This document shows, in pieces, positions 13,773-26,803 of a stretch of 64,000 bases of DNA (positions are counted from its first letter, which is position 1; each line of letters opens with the position of its first letter). A program made the translations under genes and the position numbers. Source of the DNA: Adineta vaga (Eukaryota > Animalia > Rotifera); the NCBI GenBank assembly GCA_021613535.1, contig CP075493.1:16368001-16432000 (forward strand), given 5' to 3'. The notes under the pieces are model-generated. The model was not told the origin of the DNA, searched no databases, and saw only the letters and a list, made by a program, of their open reading frames with translations.

Positions 13773-14878
13773 TTAATTTTTCTTTGGAGCTGAATCAGCA
13801 TAGAGTTCAGCATGCATCATTTCAGGATAACGATCACCGGCTACACTGGCTTTCTCGCAAGCTAATCGAATTTCTTTGATTTCTTCTTCATTTAGTTTAA
13901 TTTGAGCAGCTCGAATGTTTTCTTCTAGATTTTTCGTTTTACCCGTACCTGGTATGACAATGAAATCCTCACCTTGAGCAAGAATCCATGCTAATACTAA
14001 TTGACTTGAAGTGCAACCTTTTTTATGCGCAATTGCTGTCAATTGATTAACTAATTGAAGATTTTTTGGAAAGTTCTCTTTTGAAAAACGTGGAAATCTT
14101 CTTCGGAAATCATTGGTATTCAAGTCATCTGGGTTTTGAATTTGACCGGTTAATAATCCACGGCCTAACGGTGAATAGCAAACAATTGCTACATCGAGTT
14201 CTCGGCATGTTTTCAAAAGGCCAATTGGTTCACTTTCGATGTCTAAACTGAATGGTGAATATTCAACTTGTACACAAGCAATTGGATGAATAGCATATGC
14301 TCGTCGTAATGTATCACTTGAACATTCCGATAAACCAATATATTTAACTTTTCTAGCTTTAACAAGTTCTTTTAATGCATTCATGGTTTCTTCAATTGGC
14401 ACATTTTTGTCAATACGGTGAACATAATAGAGATCAATTGAATCAATACCAAGACGTTTTAAACTTTTTTCACATGCTTCACGAACATATTGTGCATCAC
14501 CACGACTTGACGCTGATTTAAATCCAGGAGTTATTACAACAGCAAATTTTGTTGCAAGAAATACCTAAAAGTTCGAAGTACTTGTAATTCAATATTTGCG
14601 ATTGGAATTTAACTTACTTTTTGACGTTGATGCGGATATTTTTGGAAATACTTTCCTAACAAATCTTCATTATCTCCATATATATCCGCGCTATCGAAAT
14701 AAGTACTACCAAGTTCAATAGCACGATCAAAGATTTTGAATCGTTCTTCATCAGAACTAGTAGGTCCATATGCAAATGATAAACTCATTGCTCCATAACC
14801 GATTGCTGATATTTTTGGACCATTTTTGCCTAATCGACGTCTGGGCATTGATGACTGATTACACATTCGACTAAACAT
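13773..14878 (-). CDS. Aldo-keto reductase (AKR13/YakC-like), 2 exons
   Basis: IGYGAMSL, FDSADIYG, FLATKF, IDLYYVHR, YSPLGRG, IPGT motifs; in-frame GT-AG intron 14565-14617. Confidence 0.93.
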
Positions 14879-16200
14879 ACTAACTTCACTTAGAATTGAT
14901 AATCCTTATGAGTTTACCGAATCTTTGCCGAGTATATATATTTGTGTAGACTTCACGGGAAAAGAAGAAAGGTGAACGCGTTTCGTTCTTGAGAAAAAAG
15001 GAAAAGAGTGCAAATGACAGATTGTGTTTTTGATTATGCTATATTTTGATACAATGACACAACCGTTTCTGTTTACAATCGAATTATTCAATAAACAAAG
15101 GACACTTTTGTCGTCGATAGGTTATCGATGATTGAGGGTGAACGTCAATAATGATCAGAATCGTTTTGTATAGACTATAGGTGTGGATGAACAGTAATCA
15201 TAAGGTTACACTTTACGACCTGGACGTCGATATTGGGCGAAGGGGAGTGTAGATATCTTTGGTATTAGCCAATAAGTGAATTTCGGCATCCATTAGAATG
15301 TTACTAGCGAGTACCCCTGCAAACTGCACGACGTTTTTTCTCAGAAAATTTCATATTTATTTCCGAATCATAACTGAATAATGATCGTTGAGATTTCACT
15401 GCGTGCAAAAGAATATTGACTTGATAGTTTTCCCACCATTCATAAGGTCAATTAGAAGATTGGTACATGTCGACTAGATTTTGTAATAAGAATCGATCTT
15501 GCCTGTTAGTTAGAGATGAAGTAAGACAAGCAATAATACGATTATCAGGAGACATTAGATCAGAAAGAAGAACATTTTTATTTTAAAATGTGCAGCAAAC
15601 TAATAAAATAACGTGAGTTCTTTATATTTCTAATGGTACCCGCATTTACTCTTCACATGATTTTTTTTCACAAAAATTGTTTCTTCTCACGTCAGAAGAA
15701 AAGAAAAAAATACAAAACATGACAACATGTGAACAATTGGAACATTATATTTCTTCTTTTTTCTAAGGAAATTCAAGCAGCTTAATAACTCAATGTGTCA
15801 TAAAAAAATAACAATTAAGAACCGTGCTCAAATGTGATAACGAACTCACTTTTTCGTTTCCTCTCATTCGTTATCGCATGTTTCAATCAACCCATCAATA
15901 AATGAATAACTGACGAAAACAAATTCAGTACGAACTTGAATATATTTTACCAATAGTTTTCTCTTTACGAAAGAAGGTCACATACACGTTGGTTCATTCT
16001 TTTACTTATAAAATAATTTTGAAGGTCAAGTTCGACAAAAATTACATCGTTTGATTCAAAATAACAAACATTTTTCGATTTACAAAATGAATCGGCATCT
16101 CGATATTTTGTTGAATATCTTCAAGGGATCGTTGTGACAAATTATTATTTGTTTTTCTACCTTATTATATAAGAATACATACGTATTATAGCTCTTTGTG

Positions 16201-16991
16201 TTTGGTTGAGAATAAGGAAGGACATTGATTATCAGTTTTTTCGATTACTCTTCCTGAAGATTATCGAATTGGCTTTTTGTGACGTTTCGGTGGGCGATGC
16301 CCCTTCGTCAGACTTTATTTCGAAATTACAACGACTTTTCACAGACACATATATATCTTTTTTCTTTTTCTAGTGGCTTATGTTACCTTTAAATGTTTTT
16401 TTTTGTGATTGGTTAATATTTTTAGATTACAAAGATTTGCATTCATAGTTCTGGTATAATAAATTAAGGAGCTAGGTGAATATTCCTTCATATTGTTGCC
16501 ACTTGTTTTCAATCTTTATGTTTGAAAAGCATAGAACAAGTGTCTCTTTATATTAGTTTCATCTTTTTGTGATAGGAAAATGTAAATTTTTTATTTTATT
16601 ATTGTTGTGAAAATAAACTGAATACTTAAACTTGAAATTATACGCCTATTCATAGCTTTAGAATTTAATCGGTTTGAAACATTAGAAATAACACTTGACC
16701 TGGGGCAGGCGTCTGATGGACATCTCTGGTATCTGCTGTTTTGTAAAATTTTAAACACTGATCAGAACTTTTTGCATACCTTCAGTAAATTCATTTAATA
16801 AACGACTCAATAAAATAATATAAAATGTTAATAGACTAACTTTTCTTATTCATAAGAAATAATCAATACAAGAATTTTTTTTTAGTTAAATTTTCCGAGT
16901 AAAAATAAGAGTATTAAATGTGTTCTCGATATAAGAAATAAAATTTGATTATTGATGAATTATATGTTCAAGATGATTTTGTCGTATTTTT
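16201..16991. repeat. 791-bp direct duplication, copy 1
   Basis: Near-identical to 25995-26785 (only ~3 substitutions noticed). Confidence 0.95.
16279..16313 (-). ncRNA. Degenerate hammerhead ribozyme-like motif (second copy 26073-26107)
   Basis: Minus strand gtCTGACGA-A-GGGGCATCGCCCACC-GAAAC-GTC-ac; core boxes intact but stems I and II imperfect. Confidence 0.55.
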
Positions 16992-17418
16992 AAAAATTTC
17001 ATTTAGTTGAGTGTATTGAATTAGTTGAATATATTCAATTAAATAAGACGTGAGTAAGATGAAAATCGGATGGTTCCATCGTAAGACTGGAATTATTTTT
17101 GTAATGTAGTTTAACATTCCATCAATAATTCAGTGGAATGAATAAGAGAGAAAAAGAAAGAAAAAATGCTTTTATGTTTTATAAAAAAAATAACTATCGA
17201 AACATTTGTTCTCTTAATGCCTTAAATAAATTGAAAATACATTAAATTAATGGCAACATGAAATGAAATAACTAGGAGGAGAAGTTTTACTGTAAACATT
17301 GATTAAATTTAAGAAGAAAAAAGGAAACATAAACTTGATAAACTGATCGTTTTCTTTCAGAAATGAAAACTTTGCGTCGTTTTTATATGAAATAAATTCT
17401 TGTTGAGAAGTATTTAAT

Positions 17419-18223
17419 ATGACGAAAAAAATAAATCAAACTTCCACAAAAGCAAATTCTAAAATACATCCAAAACAATCAGAAATCAACTATATAAATC
17501 AAGAAAATTATCATTCAAATAAAAAATCAAAGTTTGTTATCTCAATATAGAAGAATTATTCTCTTTTTTTTTTATAAATCATTTAGATGTTCCGTAACCC
17601 GATGTATTTGTATTCAATTATTAGTTTTATTATGTTGTCTTGTATTAGCAGCAATAATTATTCCAATTATTGTTATTATACTTGGTAAAAATTAGATTTT
17701 CTTTATATTTTTAAATTTAAATTTTCTTTTTCTTTTTTTATTAAGATACCAAAGTTAATCGTAAATATTTGAAATGAAATCTGTTTTGTTTTTAAATAGA
17801 AATCTGATTATTTTAGCATGTCAAACAACATACACGGATAGTTTTACATATTTGACAACACCAACAACTCAACAATGTACACAATGGAAAATTTTTACAA
17901 CTGGTTTAACTTGTTCATCATATTCTAAAATGCGTATTTACGGTTCAAATGATCCAACTGGAATAACAATAACAGATTCAGCTACTGTAACTGCATTTGC
18001 AGTAGCTTTAAGGTATAATACAAGTTTAAATACACTTTATAATGGAATTATTTGGAGAGCTGGTACATCATGTTGGGGTGGTTATGAATTAAGTTCAGTT
18101 ATTCAATGTGGTTGTGGGCAAGGGTATACAATTAGACCATGTACATATACTTCTTATTGGGGTGGAATCAATTCTGTTACATGTAATGCACAATCACAAA
18201 CGTTGTCGGTTACTTTTGAATGA
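17419..18223 (+). CDS. Type II membrane protein with Cys/Trp-rich extracellular domain (4 exons)
   Basis: ATG 17419; TM exon ~17588-17684; micro-exon ~17747-17761; last exon with YGSNDPTG, RPC...WGGINSVTCNAQSQT. Confidence 0.7.
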
Positions 18224-18753
18224 AAATTCTTTCCACTTTTTTTATTGGTTTTTACTCTGAACAATCCATATTTGAAATTTTTCTATCTTATGACCTATTC
18301 AATAAATTACAATAATTTAGAGGATTTTGTAGAGCAGATTCCATGCTATCGAATGACATCAAATATTCGTATATTTGGTTCATATTGGACGAAGATATTT
18401 ATCAAACAAAGAAGGTCTGAAAAATAGGCAAAACTTGACATGTTGGTTTTGGGTGCTAAACTTGCTAACCCAATTTCTCCACTATTCTGGCTTTTGTATA
18501 CATACACTATGATCTTTGAAACCACATATCAAAGATCGAAATCCCAGAACCATCTCCGGGCAGTTTAGTCTCTGCTGTCAAAAAGCTTCTCTTATACACC
18601 TGACTCTCTTGACTTATAGATATGCAATTTTTTGGTTATTCAACTTAATCAAACGGAAGTTGACTGAACAAAACAACTCAGAAAAATCTTTGTTCTCCAT
18701 CCTTAACATTCTCACATCTTTCTTTCGAAATCAATTTACATAGAATACATGAA

Positions 18754-19978
18754 TTAAAATAGTGAGTTCATCTTTATTATTCTTTTTAGAATCATGTATT
18801 TATGGACGACATCCAAGAAGACCTTGTCCGAAACCCAAAAGATTGATATAGGATTTTTGCCATCAGTAACTAATACCGATTGTATACCAAGTGCTTGTAA
18901 AAGTTTAACTTGTGTTTCAGAATCTGCTGTAGCAATACTTTGTATAGTAGAAACACCAATTGATTCGACCTGTGATTTAAACTTGTCAGCTTCAATTTGA
19001 GATAATTCGGCTTTTTTCTTAATTTCTAATTGATTTTGTTCACGTAAAAATTTCAATTCATTCTCGCGTACCGATGTCAATCGAGCTAATTCAGCATCGC
19101 CTTTGATTTTACTCGCTTGAGCTTTGAGACGTGCTAGAATTGAATATGTTATTTACAAATGATAGCAATCAGAAATAATACTGACCTTGTTCAACAGCTG
19201 CTTCATGTTGTATACGTTATGTCGTTCTAAGAGACCTTTTGCTTCTTGTTCACGACGTGATGCGTCATGTCTAGCGGTAGCTTCTTATGATTTCGTTGTA
19301 ATCTTAATGGAAAATTTATCTTTATAATTCAATAGAATTTTAAAAAATGACATTTCGATCTTACCTCAATTGCCATTTGTACACTTTGTTTAAGTGCATC
19401 ACGTGTTCGTTGATCAACAGGTTCAATACTTTGAATATCGATTGATGTAATAAAAAGATTATTTTGTGGAAAAACAAATCGTTCTCGAATATGCCTATTT
19501 TCATCAAGACCAAAAACTGATCCACGAATAATCTGAGTAGAATTTTTATGAAAATCATCAAATTGAATACCAGCTACAACACCACGAATACGTGAAGCAA
19601 TAGCTTTACAGGTATCACCAACAAAATCATCTACTGAAAAGAGTTTTGTCATTTCTTTCTTATCATTTTTATCGGTCAATTCAAAGTGCCAATCTAAAAA
19701 CAAGAAATCAGAATAATTAATAATGTTTATGAGTTCATTATTTCAAAAACTTACTATAAGCAAGTTGAAGTGAGAGACGAGCATATGATCAGCTGTTTCA
19801 ATGACAATACTACCTGTAAAGAAATTTGGACCAAGTAACAAACAAAGAAAATGAACTTGATTAGGAGTTTTGGGTACACCAGCACTAAGAGAAATCAATG
19901 TAAAATGTTCGTCAGGTTCAAGTATAATCATTTCTGGACCAAAGACAATACGAGCTGTTTTTGATTTGTAATCAGATT
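18754..19978 (-). pseudogene. MVP: Major vault protein, C-terminal half only
   Basis: [72 protein letters not shown]; stop codon, frameshifts and cap-helix deletion; 5' half absent. Confidence 0.92.
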
Positions 19979-19983
19979 TGATC

Positions 19984-20040
19984 TAGAAGCCATCTGATGA
20001 GATTGTGAAACTCAGTCGAAACCGGTCATGGCGGGTTCTA
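19984..20040 (+). ncRNA. Type I hammerhead ribozyme (Penelope/Athena-type)
   Basis: GCCAT-CTGATGA-GATTG(TGAAACT)CAGTC-GAAAC-CG-GTC^ATGGC; stem I extended by TAGAA/TTCTA; palindromic ACCGGT stem III; followed by CCCTCAA. Confidence 0.9.
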
Positions 20041-21668
20041 CCCTCAATACATTCTTTTCTGCAAAGGAGTGTGAGATGTTCAAATACATAAGAGATCATT
20101 GTCTACATTTACACACTCTCATTCTTAATATATTCAAAATAAGAATAAAGAAGATGTGAAAGTAATATTTTATAAATCAGTTTCATTTATTCTCATCAAG
20201 ATGTTCTCTCTCTCTCTAGTTCATTTTCAAGAAATATAAACTAGATACTATTTATTGATTTAAAAGTGATAATTATACGTAACATATATAAAGAATATTG
20301 AAACGTTTCGAAATTGAATATGATGCGCATTAAAATAAGATTCGAAGGAAATTTTTTCAATTCAGTTCTCGATGAAAATTTTAAAATGATTAACAGGATA
20401 AAAATAAATATATGATTAATCATGAATAAAACATAATTTATTGATAAATTTAAAATGATATAGAATGATTGTTCGAAAGATACTCTCAAATCTTATTCTT
20501 ACAATAGAATTTACCATGGATTTCAATGCTCAATAGAATAAATGATATGTTCAGTAACACCAAAAATTAAAAAAATAAGTAAATTATTAGAATGATCCAT
20601 AATTAAATAATTAGAAATTTCCATAATTAGTAAATAAAATTGATTCTTAGTTAGTTATATTTGGTTGAGTATATAAATTCAAGTGTTCTTTCTTTTCTTT
20701 TCGTATATAATACGATTACTACATACTTCTAAGTGTTGATTGATAATAGAAATAAATGTGGTTAATATTGCTCAATATGAAAGCGATTCATCAAATGAAG
20801 AGATTTATCCTGATAAAAAGGTCAACGAATAACGAAACATTGGATTAAACATGGTGTTGAAGCATTTATTACTAATGAATAGTCAAAACATGATGTCAAT
20901 TATTTAGAAAATGGTAGAAAAATATATTATAGTTACAAAAAAGCTAATTTTTCTGGCCCTTCAATGTAGTGCAAGTCTTTATTTATTTTCTCATGTAGAT
21001 AGTGATAGAGTTGCAATGTTTAGCGTAAAACTAACTTAGATCTTCCAATTGACGAAAACAAAGTTTTTGTCATATCATATAAAGTTTTGTGCGATGATGA
21101 AAGTGCGGTAATAACTTTCGATTACTTCACACAACGTTCATTTCTTCTCCTATACGCATATCTAGATACAACATACAAATTAATTTGAAAAGGATTTATG
21201 ATACTACTCATTTAAATAAAACATTTCATTCATTCAATCTTGTTATATGTTCAAATTGAAAAGAAAAAAAAAAGATTTCCAATTTATCTTCCTATTTTCT
21301 AATATTCATTCTACAACTGTTTTTCATTGATATCAGTACTATATTCTTATTTTATTCTCAAAGAATTTTTTGTTTCAAATAAAATTATTTGATTCATTCT
21401 GTTGTTTTTTCTATTAAATAAAAAACATATTTAATATGATACAGCATTTCTTATATTTCCGTTGTTCATGACAATCCCAATATTAGTTTTTTTCTTTTAA
21501 AAATGTTTATTCTACAAATAATATAGATTGTATTTCCTACTTATGAATAATTTTTTTTCTCAAAATCAACTGAAAAAAATCTTCCAATAAAATTATTTTT
21601 TTCTTGAGAAAAAAAGTTTTACTTCATTTTCACAACATTATTATTTTTAATTGCAAAACATAATTTGA

Positions 21669-24600
21669 ATGTCGTCTTTGAAAAATTATTTTCTTACTTT
21701 AAATCTTTTTACATCAGAATTTGATAAAACTGAAGATGAAACTATTGAACAACGTCGATGGAATATTATTGGAACACGAATTTATATTTTACTTCTGGTA
21801 ATAATTCTTATTGGTATTGCTATTGGTTTATCTTTAGTTAATCACACAATAAAGGTTATCATAGAAAATCCAACAAAAGAACAAATTGATCAACTCCCTA
21901 TTGATGCTAAATGTAAATGTTCTCAAATCTTAATACCTTATGGAACATTTACATCAGTTCAAGTTACTTTTCATGAAATATGTTCAAGTGATTTCATCAC
22001 AGATCGATGGATAAATGCAATCAATTCTGGATATAATACAACATTTTTTAATGGACGGGATTTTCGAACATATGGTAGTGCTGAATTTCAAAGTCTTGCG
22101 GGATTTTGTCGATTATCTAAATCTTATATAAATCAAAATATCGATTCATTTTATTCAAATACATTACTTAGTTCAGAAGTTTTATCTGAAAAAATTCTTC
22201 AATCTCAAACTTCTTCATCAATAAAACAATTTCAATTAATATCTTCAAATACATTTCAAAATCAATTAAATTTAATTAATAATATGATTGTTGGTAATGG
22301 ATTAAATAGTGCTCTTGGAACAGTTTATTATTATCAAATTCAACTGGATGATTTAGATCGTTTCATTGTTTTATTTATTTCTATAACAACAACTCAAGAA
22401 GATGGTTCAACTTGTTCTTGTCTAACAGATATTTGTAATAAAACTGTATCAGGTATATATAATGTATTTCAAGCACCACTTCCAACGCATAGTGGTGATT
22501 TATTATTTCGTATACCAGGAATATCATCTGGTTGTTTACCAGTAACATCAATACTTGCATCAACACTTGAATGTTTTTATGATCAAATATGTATTGATCA
22601 ACTTCTTTCTTATTTTCCTACAAATGATAAAAATTTTCAATCACTTTTAATAAATAATCAAAGTATTTTTAATTCTAAATCAACAATTCAATCAATTGTT
22701 AATAATTTAATGATTAAAAATTTAACAATTAATATATCTTACGAAAAATATTATTCACAATGTACACCATCATCATGTATTTATTTTCAAAATTCTCATT
22801 ATGATTTTAAATTTATTATTAAAAAATTAATTAGTTTATTTGCAAGTTTAATTTTAATACTTGAATTAATAATTCCATTTAGTATTAAATTTATTCAACA
22901 ATTAAAAGATCGAACACCTAAACCAAAGATTTCTTGTAAGTTGATTATTTAAATAATTCTATTTCTAGAATTTTCTTTTTCTTTCTTTATTCTGCTTAAA
23001 ACTGTGGCGGTTAGTCCCTAAGAGTAGTGAAGAATTAAAGAATAGAATGTGACGATAACAAACAGGAAGAATGCAATAATTACAAACAATAGAAAGAAAA
23101 CAATGACGTAATCGTCGTGTACATATATAATAACGTGATTGGTCATCTTCTCTTTCCATATCGTACATAATATAATCCTTGAAACCTCTTTACCAGGAGA
23201 AGAAATATGAACCTTCTGGTCTCTGAACTTCAGATGAATAGAACCACTATACCACAGAGATGTCTACCGCAGCTGAGCATGTACCGCTGCCGTGATGGTG
23301 ATTTTGAAAATCTTCAGATTTTCAAATTTCTGATCGGTTTGAATTAAATCCAATGCCTCTAAACGATCAAATTCGTCGAGTTTTATACTTTAGACGTCTT
23401 TGTCATGAGAATTTTGCGTAAAATAACGAGTTTTTCAAAGTGTCTTTTTTAAAAAACTGCCGCGCCGCCATCAACATCTCTGCTATGCCATCCTTGAATA
23501 CTCTATTTATAGACTTTTATTTTTCATTTATTTTTAGTATTAATTCGTTTATGTCAAATGAAAACTCTTATTAAAACGAAATTAATTGAATTGAATCTAT
23601 TTAAACATTATCCAAGTTCAGATCGACAAATACGTTATCAACGTTATGCAACACGATATCATTTAATTTCTATGATTATTTTAGTTTTTATTTTAACATT
23701 TTATACATTAACAATTAAAACAATTCAATCAAAAACAATTCAAAAACCAACTGAATTTGAATTTATTCAATTTGAAAAAGAATATTCTCAAACATTATCA
23801 TGTCCTTGTAGTTCAATATCAATGTTATATTCAGATTTTTTAACAATTTCTCCTCAATATCATCAAATATGTTCAAGTGATTTTATTTCCGATAAATGGT
23901 TCAATTATTTATATGGTTCAATGACAGGTCGATATTATGCGTATAATAGGGATTATCGATTTAGTGCACTTTTTCAATTTAAATTATTAAAAATTTTATG
24001 TAAACAATCTCATTCAATGATAAATGATGCACTTCAATTATTTTTTCAACGAAAATTTTTCAGTTTACAAGCTATGTCTCAAGAATCATTTCAAATTCAA
24101 ATTGAATCAGTTTTTCAAGATTGGGAATTAACAACAATTAAAACATTTCTAACAACAATTCAATTATTTCAAGCAATTATTCAAGGTAATCAATTAACAA
24201 ATATATTTAATTTTGGATTGGATATTGAATTGAATTCTTTTTTAAAAATGTATCCATCTATTTATTCAAATTGTAGTTGTACATATTCACCAACATGTCA
24301 TGAACTTGCTAGTATTTATAAATATGATGAAAATAATCAAGAACAAATTCAAATTTATACAATACCAAATTTTTATACTGGTTGTTATCAAATAACATCA
24401 TTATTACTATCAACATTAGAATGTTTTTATGATTTATCATGTTTATTACAAATTGATCGATATATTAATTCAACAATATCATTTCAATTTTCAGCACTTA
24501 ATTCAAATATTAATTCACCTTATGAAAAAATTGATAATCTTGTTGATCGATTAATGATTGATGAATGGTTACTAAATATATCATTTACATCATATTATTA

Positions 24601-25912
24601 TATTTGTTCACCATTATCATGTACATATCAATATCAAGGTCGAAATAATATTTTTGTTATAATAACAAGTATTTTAGGTATATTTGGTGGTTTATTACTT
24701 GGATTAAAATTATTAATGGTAATTATTTTACAATTTATTGATAAAATTCTTCAAAATGGTATTCATAGTCATATTTTATTACGATTAATTCAAAATATAT
24801 TTAATTGTTCAACAGAACATCAAATTATTCATCGATTACATTTTCTATTTGTTATTATAACTTTAACAATTCTTTATTATTTTTCTGCTTTTACACCATC
24901 GATTGAAACAATTCAAATTAATAAACCAACATTATTATCATATGAACAATTATTTAATAAATCATTTGATTCATTTCATTGTACTTGTTCTCAAATATCA
25001 ATTAAATATAATAGATTTTTTAATATTAAACCACGTTTTCATTCAATTTGTACAAGTGATTTTATATCTGATAAATGGATTTATTATTTATATGGTCATT
25101 TAGATTCTATTTATCGATATGATAATAACGATTATTTATTTTCAGCAACAAATCAATTTCGAATTCTTTCTTCTTTTTGTCATTTATCTCATCAAACAGT
25201 TGAAAATGCATTGCTTCAATTAGGTTCAAGTGATTTTATTAATACTGCACTTTTATCATTTAATTTATTAAATAAATATTTAGAAAAAACAATGATTGAT
25301 TTTGAACAAACAATGCCACAATTATTTATAAATACACTTTCATTAATTCGAGAAACAATTGGTGCAAATATGATAATAAATAATTTATTAACTAATTGGA
25401 AATATGTTCTATATTTTTATTCGGATTATTATGCTCAAACAGTTCGTGCTGTACCAAGAACATATAATAATTGTCATTGTGAATTATCATCAAAATGTGT
25501 TTCTTCATCACGTGGAATGTTAGCTGGTTGTTATCCACTTGAAGTATTATTACAAGCATCAATACAATGTTTATATAATCAAACATGTATTGATTCGTCA
25601 AATAGTTTTCAAGCAATTAATCAATCATCTTTATTATCAAGTCGTTTTTCATTAAATTCAACATTTGAATCAATTATAAATAAATTAATGATTGAAGAAT
25701 TCTTAACCGAAATTTCATATGAAACATATTTTAATGCATGTGCACCATCACTGTGTACTTATTCTTATACACATAAATATAATTTAATTGAAGGTATAAC
25801 AACATTAATTAATCTTTATGGTGGATTATTTATTATTTGTCGAATATTATCAATAATCATTGTTAAAAATATTTTATGTTTTAAACAAAGAATTCATCCT
25901 GAAACTAACTAA
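21669..25912 (+). CDS. 1213-aa multi-pass membrane protein with three tandem TM-Cys-rich ectodomain-TM repeats
   Basis: In-frame GT-AG intron 22936-23537 joins ORFs 21669 and 23558; three copies of CxCS..ICSSDF...W / GC....L.S.L.C.Y...C / C.P..C.Y. Confidence 0.85.
23255..23482. mobile_element. hAT MITE in intron
   Basis: TIR CAGAGATGT/ACATCTCTG; 8-bp TSD CTATACCA/CTATGCCA; CCGCCG-type subterminal motifs. Confidence 0.88.
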
Positions 25913-25994
25913 ATTCTTGACTAATCTTCTTCTTCTTCTTCTTTTATTATATTTTTGATTGAATTGAATTATTTCAAAAAGATATAAAATTGTT

Positions 25995-26785
25995 TTTGGT
26001 TGAGAATAAGGAAGGACATTGATTATCAGTTTTTTCGATTACTCTTCCTGAAGATTATCGAATTGGTTTTTTGTGACGTTTCGGTGGGCGATGCCCCTTC
26101 GTCAGACTTTATTTCGAAATTACAACGACTTTTCACAGACACATATATATCTTTTTTCTTTTTCTAGTGGCTTATGTTACCTTTAAATGTTTTTTTTTGT
26201 GATTGGTTAATATTTTTAGATTACAAAGATTTGCATTCATAGTTCTGGTATAATAAATTAAGGAGCTAGGTGAATATTCCTTCATATTGTTGCCACTTGT
26301 TTTCAATCTTTATGTTTGAAAAGCATAGAACAAGTGTCTCTTTATATTAGTTTCATCTTTTTGTGATAGGAAAATGTAATTTTTTTATTTTATTATTGTT
26401 GTGAAAATAAACTGAATACTTAAACTTGAAATTATACGCCTATTCATAGCTTTAGAATTTAATCGGTTTGAAACATTAGAAATAACACTTGACCTGGGGC
26501 AGGCGTCTGATGGACATCTCTGGTATCTGCTGTTTTGTAAAATTTTAAACACTGATCAGAACTTTTTGCATACCTTCAGTAAATTCATTTAATAAACGAC
26601 TCATTAAAATAATATAAAATGTTAATAGACTAACTTTTCTTATTCATAAGAAATAATCAATACAAGAATTTTTTTTTAGTTAAATTTTCCGAGTAAAAAT
26701 AAGAGTATTAAATGTGTTCTCGATATAAGAAATAAAATTTGATTATTGATGAATTATATGTTCAAGATGATTTTGTCGTATTTTT
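25995..26785. repeat. 791-bp direct duplication, copy 2, capped by telomere-like repeats
   Basis: Identity to 16201-16991 ends exactly where GGGTGTGGGGTGGGTGTGGGG begins (26786). Confidence 0.95.
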
Positions 26786-26803
26786 GGGTGTGGGGTGGGT
26801 GTG

